Source of the DNA: an uncultured bacterium
Lineage (GTDB): Bacteria > Actinomycetota > Acidimicrobiia > Spongiisociales > UBA5794
Reading direction: 5' to 3'
NCBI GenBank assembly: GCA_963801165.1
Contig: CAWDDT010000009.1
Coordinates: 384,001-448,000, forward strand
Length of the DNA: 64,000 nt
Part shown: in pieces, positions 40,388 to 50,614 of the stretch
Numbering within the stretch: position 1 is the stretch's first letter
Layout of the letters: each line of letters begins with the position of its first letter
The notes under the pieces: generated by a model
Seen by the model: only the letters and a program-made list of their open reading frames with translations
Told to the model about the DNA's origin: nothing
The model's database searches: none
Made by a program: the position numbers and the translations under genes

Positions 40388-40972
40388 ATGGAGTCAAGAC
40401 GTGAGCGGTCGCGCAGTATGAGTTGTTGCCGCTTCGAACGTCCGGTTGTAGGCCGTCGGGGTCAATGGTTCTGGCCCCGACGGCTGGCTCTTCTAGTGAC
40501 GTTGATTGTGCCCGTCATAACGGGGTGTGGCGGCGCCGGCCCTCATGCCGACGGTGACGGCCCCTTGACGTTTGCTCCAGGCGAGACGATCACGGTGGAG
40601 TTTGACAGCTTCGGTGAGGACGCCCTGGTTGTCGGGTCGTTCCTGCTGACGAACGGCGCGTCTGAACTCGTTCGGATTTCTGAGATTACTCAGGCGGTTG
40701 AATCCGACTGTGTCCCGACTGTGTCGACGTGGCGGGAACCGATTGATCATGTGACCGGCACGGCGCGGGCGCGGGTAGAGGAGATGCAGGTGGCGCCGCT
40801 GCAGGGAGCCGCCGCAGCGGTTCAGCCGGGGGAGACGGCACCGATTCTGTTTGCTTTCGGCCGGAATGACTGTCAGAAGCAGCAGACAACTCACTACGGT
40901 CCGGTGACCGTGGATTACTCCGTCGGCGGCACAGAGTATCGCGGCGTTTATGAGTTCTTCATCGATCTTTGA
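40388..40972 (+). CDS. Lipoprotein partner, paralogue of 38288; last codons displaced by IS3
   Basis: Lipobox ITGC, DGPL, AVQPG, VDYSVGGTEY; removing the IS restores ...FIDLHW*. Confidence 0.75.
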   Translation: MESRRERSRSMSCCRFERPVVGRRGQWFWPRRLALLVTLIVPVITGCGGAGPHADGDGPLTFAPGETITVEFDSFGEDALVVGSFLLTNGASELVRISEITQAVESDCVPTVSTWREPIDHVTGTARARVEEMQVAPLQGAAAAVQPGETAPILFAFGRNDCQKQQTTHYGPVTVDYSVGGTEYRGVYEFFIDL

Positions 40973-41030
40973 CGTGAGCCCCGGATAGTGGTCCACCTGC
41001 TGTGGGAGTCCCTTACCCTTGATTGGGAGG

Positions 41031-41318
41031 ATGAACACAGTGAAGCGACATCGACACACACCTGAGCAGGCGGTGCGTAAGCTCCGTGAGGGCGAGCGCC
41101 TGTTGAATGAGGGCAAAGACCTGGCCGAGATGTTGCGGCATCTCGAGATCGCCGAGTCGACTTGGAACCGGTGGCGGAGCCAGTACGGCGGGATGAGTAC
41201 CAACCAGGCGAAACGGCTCAAAGAGCTCGAGTCGGAGAATGCCCGGTTGAAGAAACTGCTGGCTGAAGCGGAGTTGGACAAGGCGATGTTGAAGGAGTTG
41301 GCCGAGGGAAAATGGTGA
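41031..41318 (+). CDS. IS3 transposase OrfA
   Basis: [28 protein letters not shown]. Confidence 0.9.
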   Translation: MNTVKRHRHTPEQAVRKLREGERLLNEGKDLAEMLRHLEIAESTWNRWRSQYGGMSTNQAKRLKELESENARLKKLLAEAELDKAMLKELAEGKW

Positions 41319-42162
41319 CCCCGGATCGTCGCCGCAGAGCGGTCGTCGTTCTGCAGGAACGGTCGGGGTATCTGAGCGTAGGGCGTGTCGGGTGGTGGGT
41401 CAGCATCGCTCCACGCAGCGGCGCCCGGCACGGACCGAACCGGAGCCTGATCTGAAGTTGCGGCGCCGGTTGTGTCGTTTTGGCCGTGCCCATCCCCGTT
41501 TGGGATGGCGGAAAGCCCACGACGTGGTACGCCGCGAGGGCTGGGCGGTGAACCACAAGAAACTACGCAGGTTGTGGCGGGAAGAAGGGCTGAGACGGCC
41601 ACCACAGCGCAAAGCGAAGAAACGCCGGCCCGACAGCTCGGATGGGACGCTGCTGAGGGCCGAGTACCCGAATCATGTCTGGGCCCTCGACTTCCAGTTC
41701 GACGAAACCTGCGATCTGCGCCGTATCAAGCTGCTCAACATCGTTGACGAGCACACCAGAGAAGCCCTCGCTACCGATGTGGCCCGCTCCATCACCGCAG
41801 ACGACGTGGTCGCCACGATGGAACGTCTCGTCACCACACGGGGAGCCCCCAGGTTCATCAGGATGGACAACGGCCCCGAACTGATCGCCTGGGCACTACG
41901 GGACTGGTGCCGCCTGACGGGACTCGGCACCCTCTACATCGAACCCGGCTCCCCCTGGGAGAACCCGTGGATCGAATCGTTCAACGGCCGGATGCGAGAC
42001 GAGCTGCTCAACATCACCGAGTTCGGCTCCCTCACCGAAGCCCGGATCGTCATCGAAGACTGGAGACACGAATACAACACCTGGAGACCACACTCAAGCC
42101 TCGGAGGACTCACTCCCGCCGAGTACGCTAAACAATGCACCCACCAGCCGGACCACCCATAG
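41312..42162 (+). pseudogene. IS3 transposase OrfB (DDE), probable 1-nt deletion near 41362
   Basis: [22 protein letters not shown]; N-terminal [11 protein letters not shown] is out of frame with GVSERRACR. Confidence 0.75.
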
Positions 42163-42306
42163 CGGCCGGACCATTCAACGGGGCCCTCTCATCTTCACTG
42201 GTGACCACTCGGCAATGTGTCGCGTTGCACCGTCGGTGGTGCTAGCTCTACTTGTCCTCCTATTCGGGTGTCGCGGTGGCAACAGTTCGGAGCCGCCTCC
42301 AGCCCG

Positions 42307-42357
42307 CGACGCGCCCCAGGTACCCGAGCACCGGCTACGCAAAGCCGTGCTAGGGGT
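42307..42357 (+). repeat. 51-bp repeat, copy 1 (copy 2 at 46347-46397)
   Basis: cgacgcg.ccc.ggtacccgagcaccggctacgcaaagccgtgctaggggt; 2 mismatches between copies. Confidence 0.9.
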
Positions 42358-42413
42358 ACTCAACAGGTTCCGAGCTGAGTGCCGCGACCGCGAGGCGCAA
42401 GGCTGACGACGGG

Positions 42414-42564
42414 CCACCTTCGACCGTGATGGACACCTGCTTCCCGAGATCTCGAGGTCCTCGCCGCCCCGAATCGACGCGGCAAGAGACAATCAGTCGT
42501 TCGGACCAAACGCGGACCGGGGGTTGTGGAGCTGTCTGCCGAGAGGGCGGAAACGGCGCTCTGA
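42414..42564 (+). pseudogene. Remnant 3' end of a tyrosine integrase related to 59589-60740
   Basis: caccttcgaccg..ggacacctgcttcccgag..ctcgagg..ctcgccgccc..tcgacgcggca..cggaccaaacgcggaccgg..ctctga aligns with 60581-60740. Confidence 0.85.
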
Positions 42565-42626
42565 CAAGGGATTTGAGAGGTGGGCCCGGTGGGAATCGAA
42601 CCCACGACCTTCGGATTAAAAGTCCG
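42559..42626. repeat. att repeat (3' part of tRNA-Lys plus 22 bp), identical to 60735-60802
   Basis: 68-bp exact direct repeat ctctgacaaggg...ttaaaagtccg. Confidence 0.95.
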
Positions 42627-42867
42627 TCCGGAGGGTTTTCATTGGTTTGCATTATTGTGGAAAAACATGCTCTGAGCGGGGCGTTTGTGCTCATTGCCGC
42701 TTATCGTCTTTCATCGTCTTGCGCCAGCCGCGCGGACCACACGCGGACCGTGGGTGCCGCGTGATGGAGCGGTGTGGCGGTTCGCTGCATGCCTCGGGCT
42801 TGTCGAATTCGCTGCTTGTGACACCGGCGGGTGGTACGTTGATTGCGTCCGGAGGTTCTGTTCTTCG

Positions 42868-43537
42868 ATGTCGCCGACGATGACCGCAGGTTCCCTACTC
42901 GCTGCGTTGGAAGGCTGCTATGAAGCGCCTCGGGCGGCCGCGCTCTCGGGTGTTCCGGTGTCCACCGTGTACTACTGGGCGAGGACAGGGCTCATCAACG
43001 CAACTGTGTCCCAGGGGAGGCCGAAGCGTTGGTCGTACGCAGACCTGATGGGGTTGCGCATCGTGTACTGGCTCCGTCATCCCAGGTGGCCTCAAGGGGG
43101 CGAGTCCAATGAACGAAGTCAGGCGTGCGCTCGATGAACTGGACGAGCTCGGTCTAGATATCTGGAGTCAGGATCTCCCGTCTCCCGGTTCTCCGCTGCG
43201 TGTCGACCGTACCGGCCACATCTTCATCGTCTCGGCTGACCGTGTTGAGACCGCTCACCGGGAAGGGGTGATGGGAGAGACGCTCGATCTCCTCGGGCCG
43301 TTCAACGTAGGAGAAGGGCACGGGCCCGACCTGATCCGTCCTCGGGAACACCTGAGGATCATCCCCGGCAAGGTCTCAGGTGAACCGTACCTGGCCGATT
43401 CGCGTATCACCACTCAAGCGGTGGCGGCACTCTTCGAGCGTTTCGGGGACATTGATCGTGTTGTGGCGCTCTATCCGGATCTCGACAAGGCTGCGATCAA
43501 GGAGGCGATCGATCTCGAGCAGCATTTGGCGGCGTAG
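42868..43537 (+). pseudogene. MerR-HTH + DUF433 antitoxin-like gene, frameshifted near 43090
   Basis: AAALSGVPVSTVYYWAR..WSYADL; PGKVSGEPYLADSRI..LYPDL...IKEAI in a second frame. Confidence 0.75.
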
Positions 43538-43662
43538 CGGATGTCCCGCTTGACTATCGGTTGTCTCAGCAGCCCGTCGCCGGTGGGTGGACCTGTTGCT
43601 TTGTCGTGGCAGTGACGGGATTCGAGGGTCCGCGGCTTGTTTCTGTCTTCCGATAGATACAT

Positions 43663-45057
43663 TTAGTTTCCCTGGAGCACAAAGCTGCTTGAGCCGAAAA
43701 CGATTACCGTGTCGCCCGTCCAGATCAATGTGCCGCCTTGGCCGAGTGGCAGGGGCGGTGCGACATGCCATTCATCCGAGTCTGGTTGATAGGTCAGTAC
43801 CCGTGTTTCGCTGTCCCTTGGTTGGTCATCGAGTGTGCCGACCCAGACGATCATTTCTTCGCCGGTCCATACGGCATCCTGGCCACCAGGCGTCCATTCT
43901 CCCCAATCCACCGCTGGGAGAGGCGGTCCGGCGATCTCGCGCCATGTGTCGGAGATGGGGTCCCACGCGGCACCCCGCTGTTCGCTCTGATTTGCGATCC
44001 CGAGCCCAACGCCCCAGACGATGACCTCGCTACCGGTCCAGACGAGGCTTGGTGTGTCGATTACTTGGACGAACTTGGGGATCTCCAATTGCCGCCAGGT
44101 CCCATCTGCCGGGTCGAATACGACTGGTGAGTGTCCGGGTCTGTCGAAGCGCGGCCAGGCGAATAGCTCAGATCCGGTCCACGTAACAGCAAAGCCCGAG
44201 GGAGACTCGTACGGTGGATCGGGGAGGAGTTCCCACGTATCCGACGAAGGCGTGTATGCAGCGAACTGCGCCAAGCCGGGTAGCCCTCCAACGACATACA
44301 GCTTCGACCCCGTCCATACGGCCCCGGGACCTTGGCTACCGAATCTAGGGGCCGGGGAAGCTGCCCGCCACTCCCCTGTATTCACCGAATAGACTGCCGT
44401 CTCGACGTTCGAACGTTCGCTGGCATTAACGCCACAGCAGACGATGATTTCGGTGCCCGCGGCAGCCACGACGGGACCCTTTTTCGGATCGATGGGCGCC
44501 TGGGGAATGGGCGTCCATTCAGCACTGCCGGGCACCCACTCTGCCGCTGCATCGCCTGGCTGGTCACCAGACGTACCGCCCCACACGACCAATCGATCCG
44601 CGGCCCAAACGGCTACTCCGTTCGATTCGAAACCGGATGGCAACGGAGGTAGCGCTGCCCAGGAATAGTCCAGGTCGGGAGCGTATGTTGACCCAACCCG
44701 CCCCGTCGTCGGAGGTGGGGTAGTCGACGTCGTGGTCGTCGACGCAGGAGTTGTCAGAGTCGTTGGCGTTGACCGCAGAGTCGTTATGGGAGCCAGCGAC
44801 GGGGCCCTCGTGACCGACGACATAGATCCTCCCGGAGGGACCGGGCTGGCGACCGTAGGCTGAGACTCGCCGCGGAGAGCAAGCCCGGCGATTCCCACGG
44901 TTGCGAAGATGCCGACAGCGGCGGCCACGACCACCACCACAGGACGTCGGTACCAGCGAGCAGGCGTGCGCCCCTCCCCCTGGTGCCATTCGTTGGGCAC
45001 TGGGAATGCGTCGCGTAGATCCGCTGCTGTCTTGGAGAGGTGTTCGTCAATGTTCAC
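43663..45057 (-). CDS. Putative anti-sigma factor with Kelch beta-propeller
   Basis: GTGA-coupled to ECF sigma; TM, Thr-rich linker, repeats AVWTGSE..VWGG ... YxP..DTW. Confidence 0.85.
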   Translation of the reverse strand: MNIDEHLSKTAADLRDAFPVPNEWHQGEGRTPARWYRRPVVVVVAAAVGIFATVGIAGLALRGESQPTVASPVPPGGSMSSVTRAPSLAPITTLRSTPTTLTTPASTTTTSTTPPPTTGRVGSTYAPDLDYSWAALPPLPSGFESNGVAVWAADRLVVWGGTSGDQPGDAAAEWVPGSAEWTPIPQAPIDPKKGPVVAAAGTEIIVCCGVNASERSNVETAVYSVNTGEWRAASPAPRFGSQGPGAVWTGSKLYVVGGLPGLAQFAAYTPSSDTWELLPDPPYESPSGFAVTWTGSELFAWPRFDRPGHSPVVFDPADGTWRQLEIPKFVQVIDTPSLVWTGSEVIVWGVGLGIANQSEQRGAAWDPISDTWREIAGPPLPAVDWGEWTPGGQDAVWTGEEMIVWVGTLDDQPRDSETRVLTYQPDSDEWHVAPPLPLGQGGTLIWTGDTVIVFGSSSFVLQGN

Positions 45058-45581
45058 TTCAGCTCCTTCGAAGTAGCGAGACGTTTGCGCGCTCGACGCA
45101 GGTGTGTGCGGACGGTCTCTGGCGCGCAACCGATTGCGAGCGCAATCTCCTCGACCGGCAGATCACCTATGTAGCGGAGTGCGATGGCCTGTGCCTGGCG
45201 CCGCGGTAGGCGACGAACCATATCCCACGCGATCACGATATCGTCAGGGATCCCTTGAGGATTCTGCTGAGGTCGAAGCCGTGCTAGAGCCCTTAGTTCG
45301 GTCTCGATTCGACGTAGCCGTGAGGCTGCCTTGTTGGCGACGACGCGCTTTACCCAGGAATCGGGACGCTCCATCGTGACTACGCGATCCCATTTGACGA
45401 ACGCAGCCAGAAACGCATCCTGAGCGAGCTCCTCGGCGGCTGCTCGGTCCCCCGAGAGGGCGTACGCGATGGCCGCAACCGATTGATAGTTACGTGTGTA
45501 GAAGGAGTCGAAGCCGAAGAGTCGTGTCTCGTGTGTCGAGGTGTCCTCCCTTTGGACGGAGTTCAGGACCGCACCGTACAT
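45054..45581 (-). CDS. ECF RNA polymerase sigma factor
   Basis: FDSFYTR, AEELAQDAF, LPRRQAQAIALRY, GCAPETVRTHLRRAR; start approximate. Confidence 0.9.
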   Translation of the reverse strand: MYGAVLNSVQREDTSTHETRLFGFDSFYTRNYQSVAAIAYALSGDRAAAEELAQDAFLAAFVKWDRVVTMERPDSWVKRVVANKAASRLRRIETELRALARLRPQQNPQGIPDDIVIAWDMVRRLPRRQAQAIALRYIGDLPVEEIALAIGCAPETVRTHLRRARKRLATSKELK

Positions 45582-45646
45582 GCCAGTAAATCGCACGGGA
45601 ACCGCGTATAGGGGTACAAGTATTCCGCCTTGCACTCCAGAGGATT

Positions 45647-46397
45647 GTGTACCTGTTCTGGTCCGCGGCCGCTCCGTTTCTGAAGGACACATCCGATGTC
45701 CATGGTTTCGGTAGTGTTGACCCGCCGATATGGTGGTCGGAGGATGATCGGTACCAGGCGAATGCCCCACGCCATCGCATGTGGCTACAAGACGGGTACG
45801 CGCATTACCTATCACGCTGCATCCTTCGTGGCTCTGATGGCCTGTGGTGGGACTGGGAGAAGAACAAGAAGATGCAGCTTGCCGGCCAGCCGTGCATCGT
45901 GGGTTTCAGAACCCGCGATCGCTTCCACACCATTCATCGACGGCGCGCCGTTCTAGGACACGCGCTTCGTGAAGAGACCAAGACCGCCCCCATCCCGGCC
46001 TGTACGGCCGCGATGGGGCAGCGGTGCTGGAGTCTGCGTGCCGCAACTGGCTCGCGCTGGCCCCGGAGCCCGGCACGCCGCCGGCTGAGCCGGTGTGGGT
46101 GTGGAGCCAGGATTGGGGCTACAAACCGTCAGACGTGCACGTCTCGAGTCCATCGTTTGGCGAGATCGAGCATTGGCTGGACGAGGCTGGCCACGACTGG
46201 GATGGCGCGTGGCTGGTTGACGTCCCGCAACGCATCATCGCCGATGTCGAGCCGAGAACAGAGTTCGCCCGGATTCTCGAGGAAGATCTGTGCGAAATCG
46301 ATGGAGTGCGACGAGCCGAATGGGTAGAGAAGGTCGCATATCTCGTCGACGCGGCCCGGGTACCCGAGCACCGGCTACGCAAAGCCGTGCTAGGGGT
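45647..46397 (+). pseudogene. Fragmented hypothetical gene ending ...VPEHRLRKAVLGV
   Basis: Two overlapping Trp-rich frames; its natural C-terminus (LNRFRAECRDREAQG*) appears in the copy at 42307-42406. Confidence 0.4.
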
Positions 46398-46483
46398 TCG
46401 ACGCGGCAAGAGACAATCATGTCAAGTTCCGGTACCCGTGCTCCGGGCTGGCTTCGGTTGGTGGGCGACGTTTAGTACGCGGG

Positions 46484-47950
46484 CTAGGAGGCGGCGTTGC
46501 GCCGTTGGGGCCGACCACGGGGGGTGGCGAAGGCGCCGTGTTCTTTGTCCCGGTCGTGCCGGATCGGGTGGCTACGCACAACCCGGCCGTCATGGGAGAT
46601 CTCGACGGTGTCGCCGACTACCCGTACCTGAACCGACTTGCCTCGATACTTGTTACCTGCCCGATAGGAGGCAGCTGCGAAGCTGATACTCCCCGACTGG
46701 TCGACCTTGCGGGTCACCGGCACCCCAGTGGTTTCTGGTCGGACCGGGCGGCCACGCCGCTGTCGTTGCCATGCGGCTGGTTCGTCCTCGACCGCATGCT
46801 GTCGGGCATGTGAGGTGATGAGTACTTCCCGATGCCATACCTCAACCAAACCACCGTTGATAGCCACCGTGACGGTCTCGCCGGCCAGCCAACGCCCCAC
46901 ATGGTATTTGTGACCGGCCAGGCTGATCCGGCCGCCTTGTCCCACCTTGCGGGTCACCCGCCGGACCCCATCTGCTGGTGGTGGCGGATCCGGTGGCAGC
47001 TGTGGCGCATCGTCGATCACGACCTCGAGCGGCACGCTCTTGGCTAGTTCGAAGCGACGGATCGGGGGCACCATCCCGATCCCCTGATGAGGCCGGGCAG
47101 TGTTGTAATGCTCCACCCACAAATCGAACTCTTGTTGGGCTTCCTCAATAGAGGCGAATACCCGGCCTTTCAGGAATTCGCTACGGATGGTCTTGTGGAA
47201 CCGTTCCACCTTCCCAGTCGTGGTCGGCGACCTCGGTGCCGTCAACAGATGATCTATCCCGTTTTCCCGACAGATCCGGTCAAACAACACCTCCCCAGAA
47301 CCCGGCCCGAACCGGCCAGTAAACACCTTCCCGTTATCAGTCAATACCTGATCAGGGACTCCATGGCGTCGCATCGCCAACGCCAACGCCTCACACACCG
47401 GCCTAGCCGTCGCCCTCCTCACTACCAGCGCCGAGACACAGAACCTCGAGTGGTCATCAACCCCGGTCACCACCTTCGCCTCCGAACCATCACCAAGTCG
47501 AACGCCACCCATCACATCCATCTGCCACAACTCCATCGACCGCGACCGCTCCCACCTTCGATACGACGACCTCGGCCTACGACGACGCCTCCTCTGCACC
47601 AAACCGTGACGCAGCAACGCCCGATAAATCCCCGACCTCGACGGCACCGGCACAATCCCCTCCTGCTCCAAGTGATACCGAATCGTGCGAGGTCCCCAAT
47701 CCGGATGAGCCCACCGCATCTCCACCACCCGCGCCTCAACCCGAGGCGGCATCTGATGCGGACACGAATGCGGCTTCGACGACCCATCCACCAAACCCTG
47801 CACCCCCGCATCCGCATAACACCTCAACCAGCGATGCACCGTCTGCCGGGCCACCCCATAACGACGAGCCACATCCGTCACCGCAGCTCCGCCCAAAACC
47901 TCCAACACCGCCTGGAATCGCTGCTCCACAACACCCAACTCCACCAACAC
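46484..47950 (-). CDS. IS481 family transposase
   Basis: HTH VARRYGVARQTVHRWL; WQMD, DDHSR, TDNG, GKVERFH. Confidence 0.93.
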   Translation of the reverse strand: MLVELGVVEQRFQAVLEVLGGAAVTDVARRYGVARQTVHRWLRCYADAGVQGLVDGSSKPHSCPHQMPPRVEARVVEMRWAHPDWGPRTIRYHLEQEGIVPVPSRSGIYRALLRHGLVQRRRRRRPRSSYRRWERSRSMELWQMDVMGGVRLGDGSEAKVVTGVDDHSRFCVSALVVRRATARPVCEALALAMRRHGVPDQVLTDNGKVFTGRFGPGSGEVLFDRICRENGIDHLLTAPRSPTTTGKVERFHKTIRSEFLKGRVFASIEEAQQEFDLWVEHYNTARPHQGIGMVPPIRRFELAKSVPLEVVIDDAPQLPPDPPPPADGVRRVTRKVGQGGRISLAGHKYHVGRWLAGETVTVAINGGLVEVWHREVLITSHARQHAVEDEPAAWQRQRRGRPVRPETTGVPVTRKVDQSGSISFAAASYRAGNKYRGKSVQVRVVGDTVEISHDGRVVRSHPIRHDRDKEHGAFATPRGRPQRRNAAS

Positions 47951-47989
47951 AACAACCTCCTCCGATACCTCTCAGAGGAGCATGAACTG

Positions 47990-48245
47990 AAGCGCCCTGG
48001 GTTTGATGGAGACCGTTTTGTTTGGTCTTCTTTGTTGGCTGTGGTGGCTAGTTGAGCGTAGTGGTTCTCCTCGTGTTCGTCGGGTGGGATGTCGCCGCAG
48101 TGGCTGTGGAGCCGCTGGCTGTTGTACCAGTGCACCCAGGACAAGGTGGCGAGTTCGACCTCCTCGACCGTTCTCCAGGGTCCTTGATCGGGTCCAAGAT
48201 GAGCTCGGTCTTGTAGAGCCCGTTGATTGTCTCGGCCAGAGCATT
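47990..48245 (-). pseudogene. IS3 OrfB 3' fragment
   Basis: NALAETINGLYKTELI, then frameshift to GPWRTVEEVELATLSWVHWYNSQRLH. Confidence 0.85.
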
Positions 48246-48271
48246 GATGCTCCTATAGATCGCAAGTCGAC

Positions 48272-49354
48272 TCAGGCTGCTGGTCGAAGCTCGGTTGAGG
48301 TGCTTGGTTCGGGGAGTAGGTGGTAGAGCTCGCGGGCGACGAATCGTTTCAGGCAGCGGATGATGTCCTTTTTGGAGAGACCTTCGGCGGTGCGTCGTTT
48401 CACGTATGCGATGGTGGGTGGGTGCCATCGCATACGGACGATGATGACGCGGTAGAGCGCGGCGTTGGCTTGGCGGTTGCCGCCCCGGTTGAGACGATGA
48501 CGGCCGCTGGTTTTGCCCGACCCGGCGGGGATGGGGCAGGCGCCACAGAGTTTGGCGAAGGCGGCCTCGGAGCGGACTCGATCGGTGTTGTCACCGGCGG
48601 TGATGAGCATCTCAGCGGCGGTGTCGAACCCGACGCCGCATCGTTCCAGCATCTGAGGGGCGGCGGCTTTGGTGAGTTGTTTGAGGTGTGCAGTGTGGGC
48701 TTTGATCTCTTCGTGAAGGTTCAGGTAGCGGCGGGCGAGCGATGCCAGGCTGTGCCGGATCGCCACCTCGGGGTCGCTGATGTCGCCGTCGGTGTCGAGC
48801 TCGGCGCATGTCATGATCAGCTGGTGGTCGGTGAGCGGTTCGAGTGTTCCTCGTAGGTCGTCGGGAGCGGTGACCACCACCGTCTTGAGTGTGATCATGG
48901 TTGTGGTGTGCGCCTTCACGGCGGTGTCACGGGCGATCTTGATCAAACGGATCGCCTCGATCTGGCCGTCGGCGAGTTTCGGTGTGGCCGTGCCTTGGCC
49001 GGACAACACCGTCCGTGCCGCATGCTCGGCATCGATCGAGTCGCTCTTGCCTGACGTGCGACGTTCCCCACGTCGAGGCGGCCGTGCCACCTCGCGCACC
49101 GTCTGGTCGTGTCGACGAAGAAACCTCGCCAGTCCCGACCCATACGAGCCGCAGCCTTCGACACCAAAGGCGTGAACCGTCCCCAGGGTATGTGCCCAGT
49201 CGAGGAGCTCGGCGTAGCCGGCCGGGTTCGCTGCCACCAATAGTGGCTCGTCAACGAGGCCGCCGAGGCCGTCGATCGCCACTGCGACGTGTTGATCTTT
49301 GTGGGTGTCGACACCGATGATGACATCGGAACGTTCGAGTGCGATGCTGGTCAT
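48272..49354 (-). CDS. IS110 family recombinase
   Basis: DEDD residues GVDTHK, GVEG, KSDSIDA; C-terminal PIPAGSGK, RLNRGGNRQAN. Confidence 0.95.
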   Translation of the reverse strand: MTSIALERSDVIIGVDTHKDQHVAVAIDGLGGLVDEPLLVAANPAGYAELLDWAHTLGTVHAFGVEGCGSYGSGLARFLRRHDQTVREVARPPRRGERRTSGKSDSIDAEHAARTVLSGQGTATPKLADGQIEAIRLIKIARDTAVKAHTTTMITLKTVVVTAPDDLRGTLEPLTDHQLIMTCAELDTDGDISDPEVAIRHSLASLARRYLNLHEEIKAHTAHLKQLTKAAAPQMLERCGVGFDTAAEMLITAGDNTDRVRSEAAFAKLCGACPIPAGSGKTSGRHRLNRGGNRQANAALYRVIIVRMRWHPPTIAYVKRRTAEGLSKKDIIRCLKRFVARELYHLLPEPSTSTELRPAA

Positions 49355-49364
49355 GACTGTTGAT

Positions 49365-49590
49365 CCTTCCGGTCGATGGTCTCCGTGCTCGCTTGGTCGG
49401 GCGGGAAGGACAGGACTGCGATGAGACCTGGGTCGATCAGGCTCCTATTAGGTCACTACCCGCTCGGCCGGCGAGACAACACACCGCGTCTCGGGTGACC
49501 GACACGTCAACGCAAGGACACAAGGTCGGTCATAACAAGGGTCAGGCCACCCGAGACAACAGCACCGAGAAGCATCTCATCTCGGCAACA
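49365..49590 (-). ncRNA. Predicted IS110 bridge RNA
   Basis: Stem 49541-49557/49488-49503 encloses TATGAC and GCGTTG (target match); second loop has ATAGGAGC and TCGCAG (donor-end match); boundaries approximate. Confidence 0.7.
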
Positions 49591-49601
49591 GGATCCTCGC
49601 A

Positions 49602-50273
49602 GTCATACGAGTCGCCGACCGACCCGATCGATGGGACAGCACCGAGTTCGGCGAGTCGTTCTCCGTAGCGGATCGACGTAAATTGCGACCCGGCATCGGA
49701 ATGAGTCACTAACCCTTCCAGGTTCGTGCCTCGGGACCAGCGGGCCATCTCGAGGGCGTCGAGCACAATCTCGGCACGCATATTGGCGGCGACCCGCCAG
49801 GCGACGATCTTGCGTGAGAACGCGTCGGTGATAAAACACACATACCCAAACCCGGACCAGGTGGCCACATAGGTCAGATCAACCACCCACAGCCGATTAG
49901 GCCGCTCTGCGGTGAACTGACGGTTGACCAGATCAGGCGGCCTCACAGCAGAAGGATCCGGTTTGGTGGTACGAACCCGCCGTCCCCTCGTCACACCCTT
50001 GATTTCGAGGCGTTTCATCAACCTGGCGGTCTGATCCCGGCCAATATCGATGCCATCACGAAGCGCCGCCTTCCACAGCTTCCGAGCGCCATAGACCTTC
50101 CGGTTCGCCATCCACAGCGTCAACAACAGCGGCATCAGGATCTGGTCCCGAAGCTCCCGAACCGACGGTGGCCGGCTCTTAGCGGCGTAATAGGTAGAAG
50201 GGGCCAACTGCAACTGGGTGCAGATGGGCTCGACCCCGAACTCGTCACGATTCTCATCAACGAACTTCACCAT
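49602..50273 (-). pseudogene. IS3 OrfB 5' fragment
   Basis: FGVEPIC, WVVDLTYV, HSDAGSQF, GSVGDSYD then IS110. Confidence 0.9.
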
Positions 50274-50614
50274 TACTTCTGTGGGCGGTCGAGCTCCGCA
50301 GCGAAAAAAGCCGAAGCCCGCTTCAAGATCTCATTCGCTCGACGCAACTCACGATTCTCCTGCCGCAGCTGCCTCAACTCCGTCTGATCCTCACTAGTCG
50401 TCCCCGAACGCTCACCGCTATCGATCTCGTCCTGTCGCACCCACGACCGCAAAGACTCGACCCCGCAGCCCAACTGGTCAGCAACCCGCTTGATCCCGCC
50501 AGTCCTCTGCCCCGTCTCGGCACGCAGCTGACGCACCATCCGTACCCCACGCTCTTTAAACTCCGCCGAATACCGCCGTCTCGTTCCATCACCCTGATAA
50601 TCCATAGACTCCAT
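50273..50614 (-). CDS. IS3 transposase OrfA
   Basis: RRYSAEFKERGVRMV, ENRELRRANEILKRASAFFA; T6C slippery site. Confidence 0.9.
   Translation of the reverse strand: MESMDYQGDGTRRRYSAEFKERGVRMVRQLRAETGQRTGGIKRVADQLGCGVESLRSWVRQDEIDSGERSGTTSEDQTELRQLRQENRELRRANEILKRASAFFAAELDRPQK

Larger units (their letters stand above)
40970..42191 (+). mobile_element. IS3 family (IS407-like) insertion sequence
   Basis: Imperfect terminal IRs TGA..GCCCCG..TGGTCC; 4-bp target duplication TCTT (40966-40969 and 42192-42195). Confidence 0.93.
48246..49601 (-). mobile_element. IS110 family element
   Basis: Splits IS3 orfB exactly between TATGAC and AATGCT; no IRs; right end ...TATAGGAGCATC. Confidence 0.92.

Noticed and set aside
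42581-42626. Second tRNA-Lys gene
   Set aside because: Only the 3' 46 nt are present; it is the att duplication.
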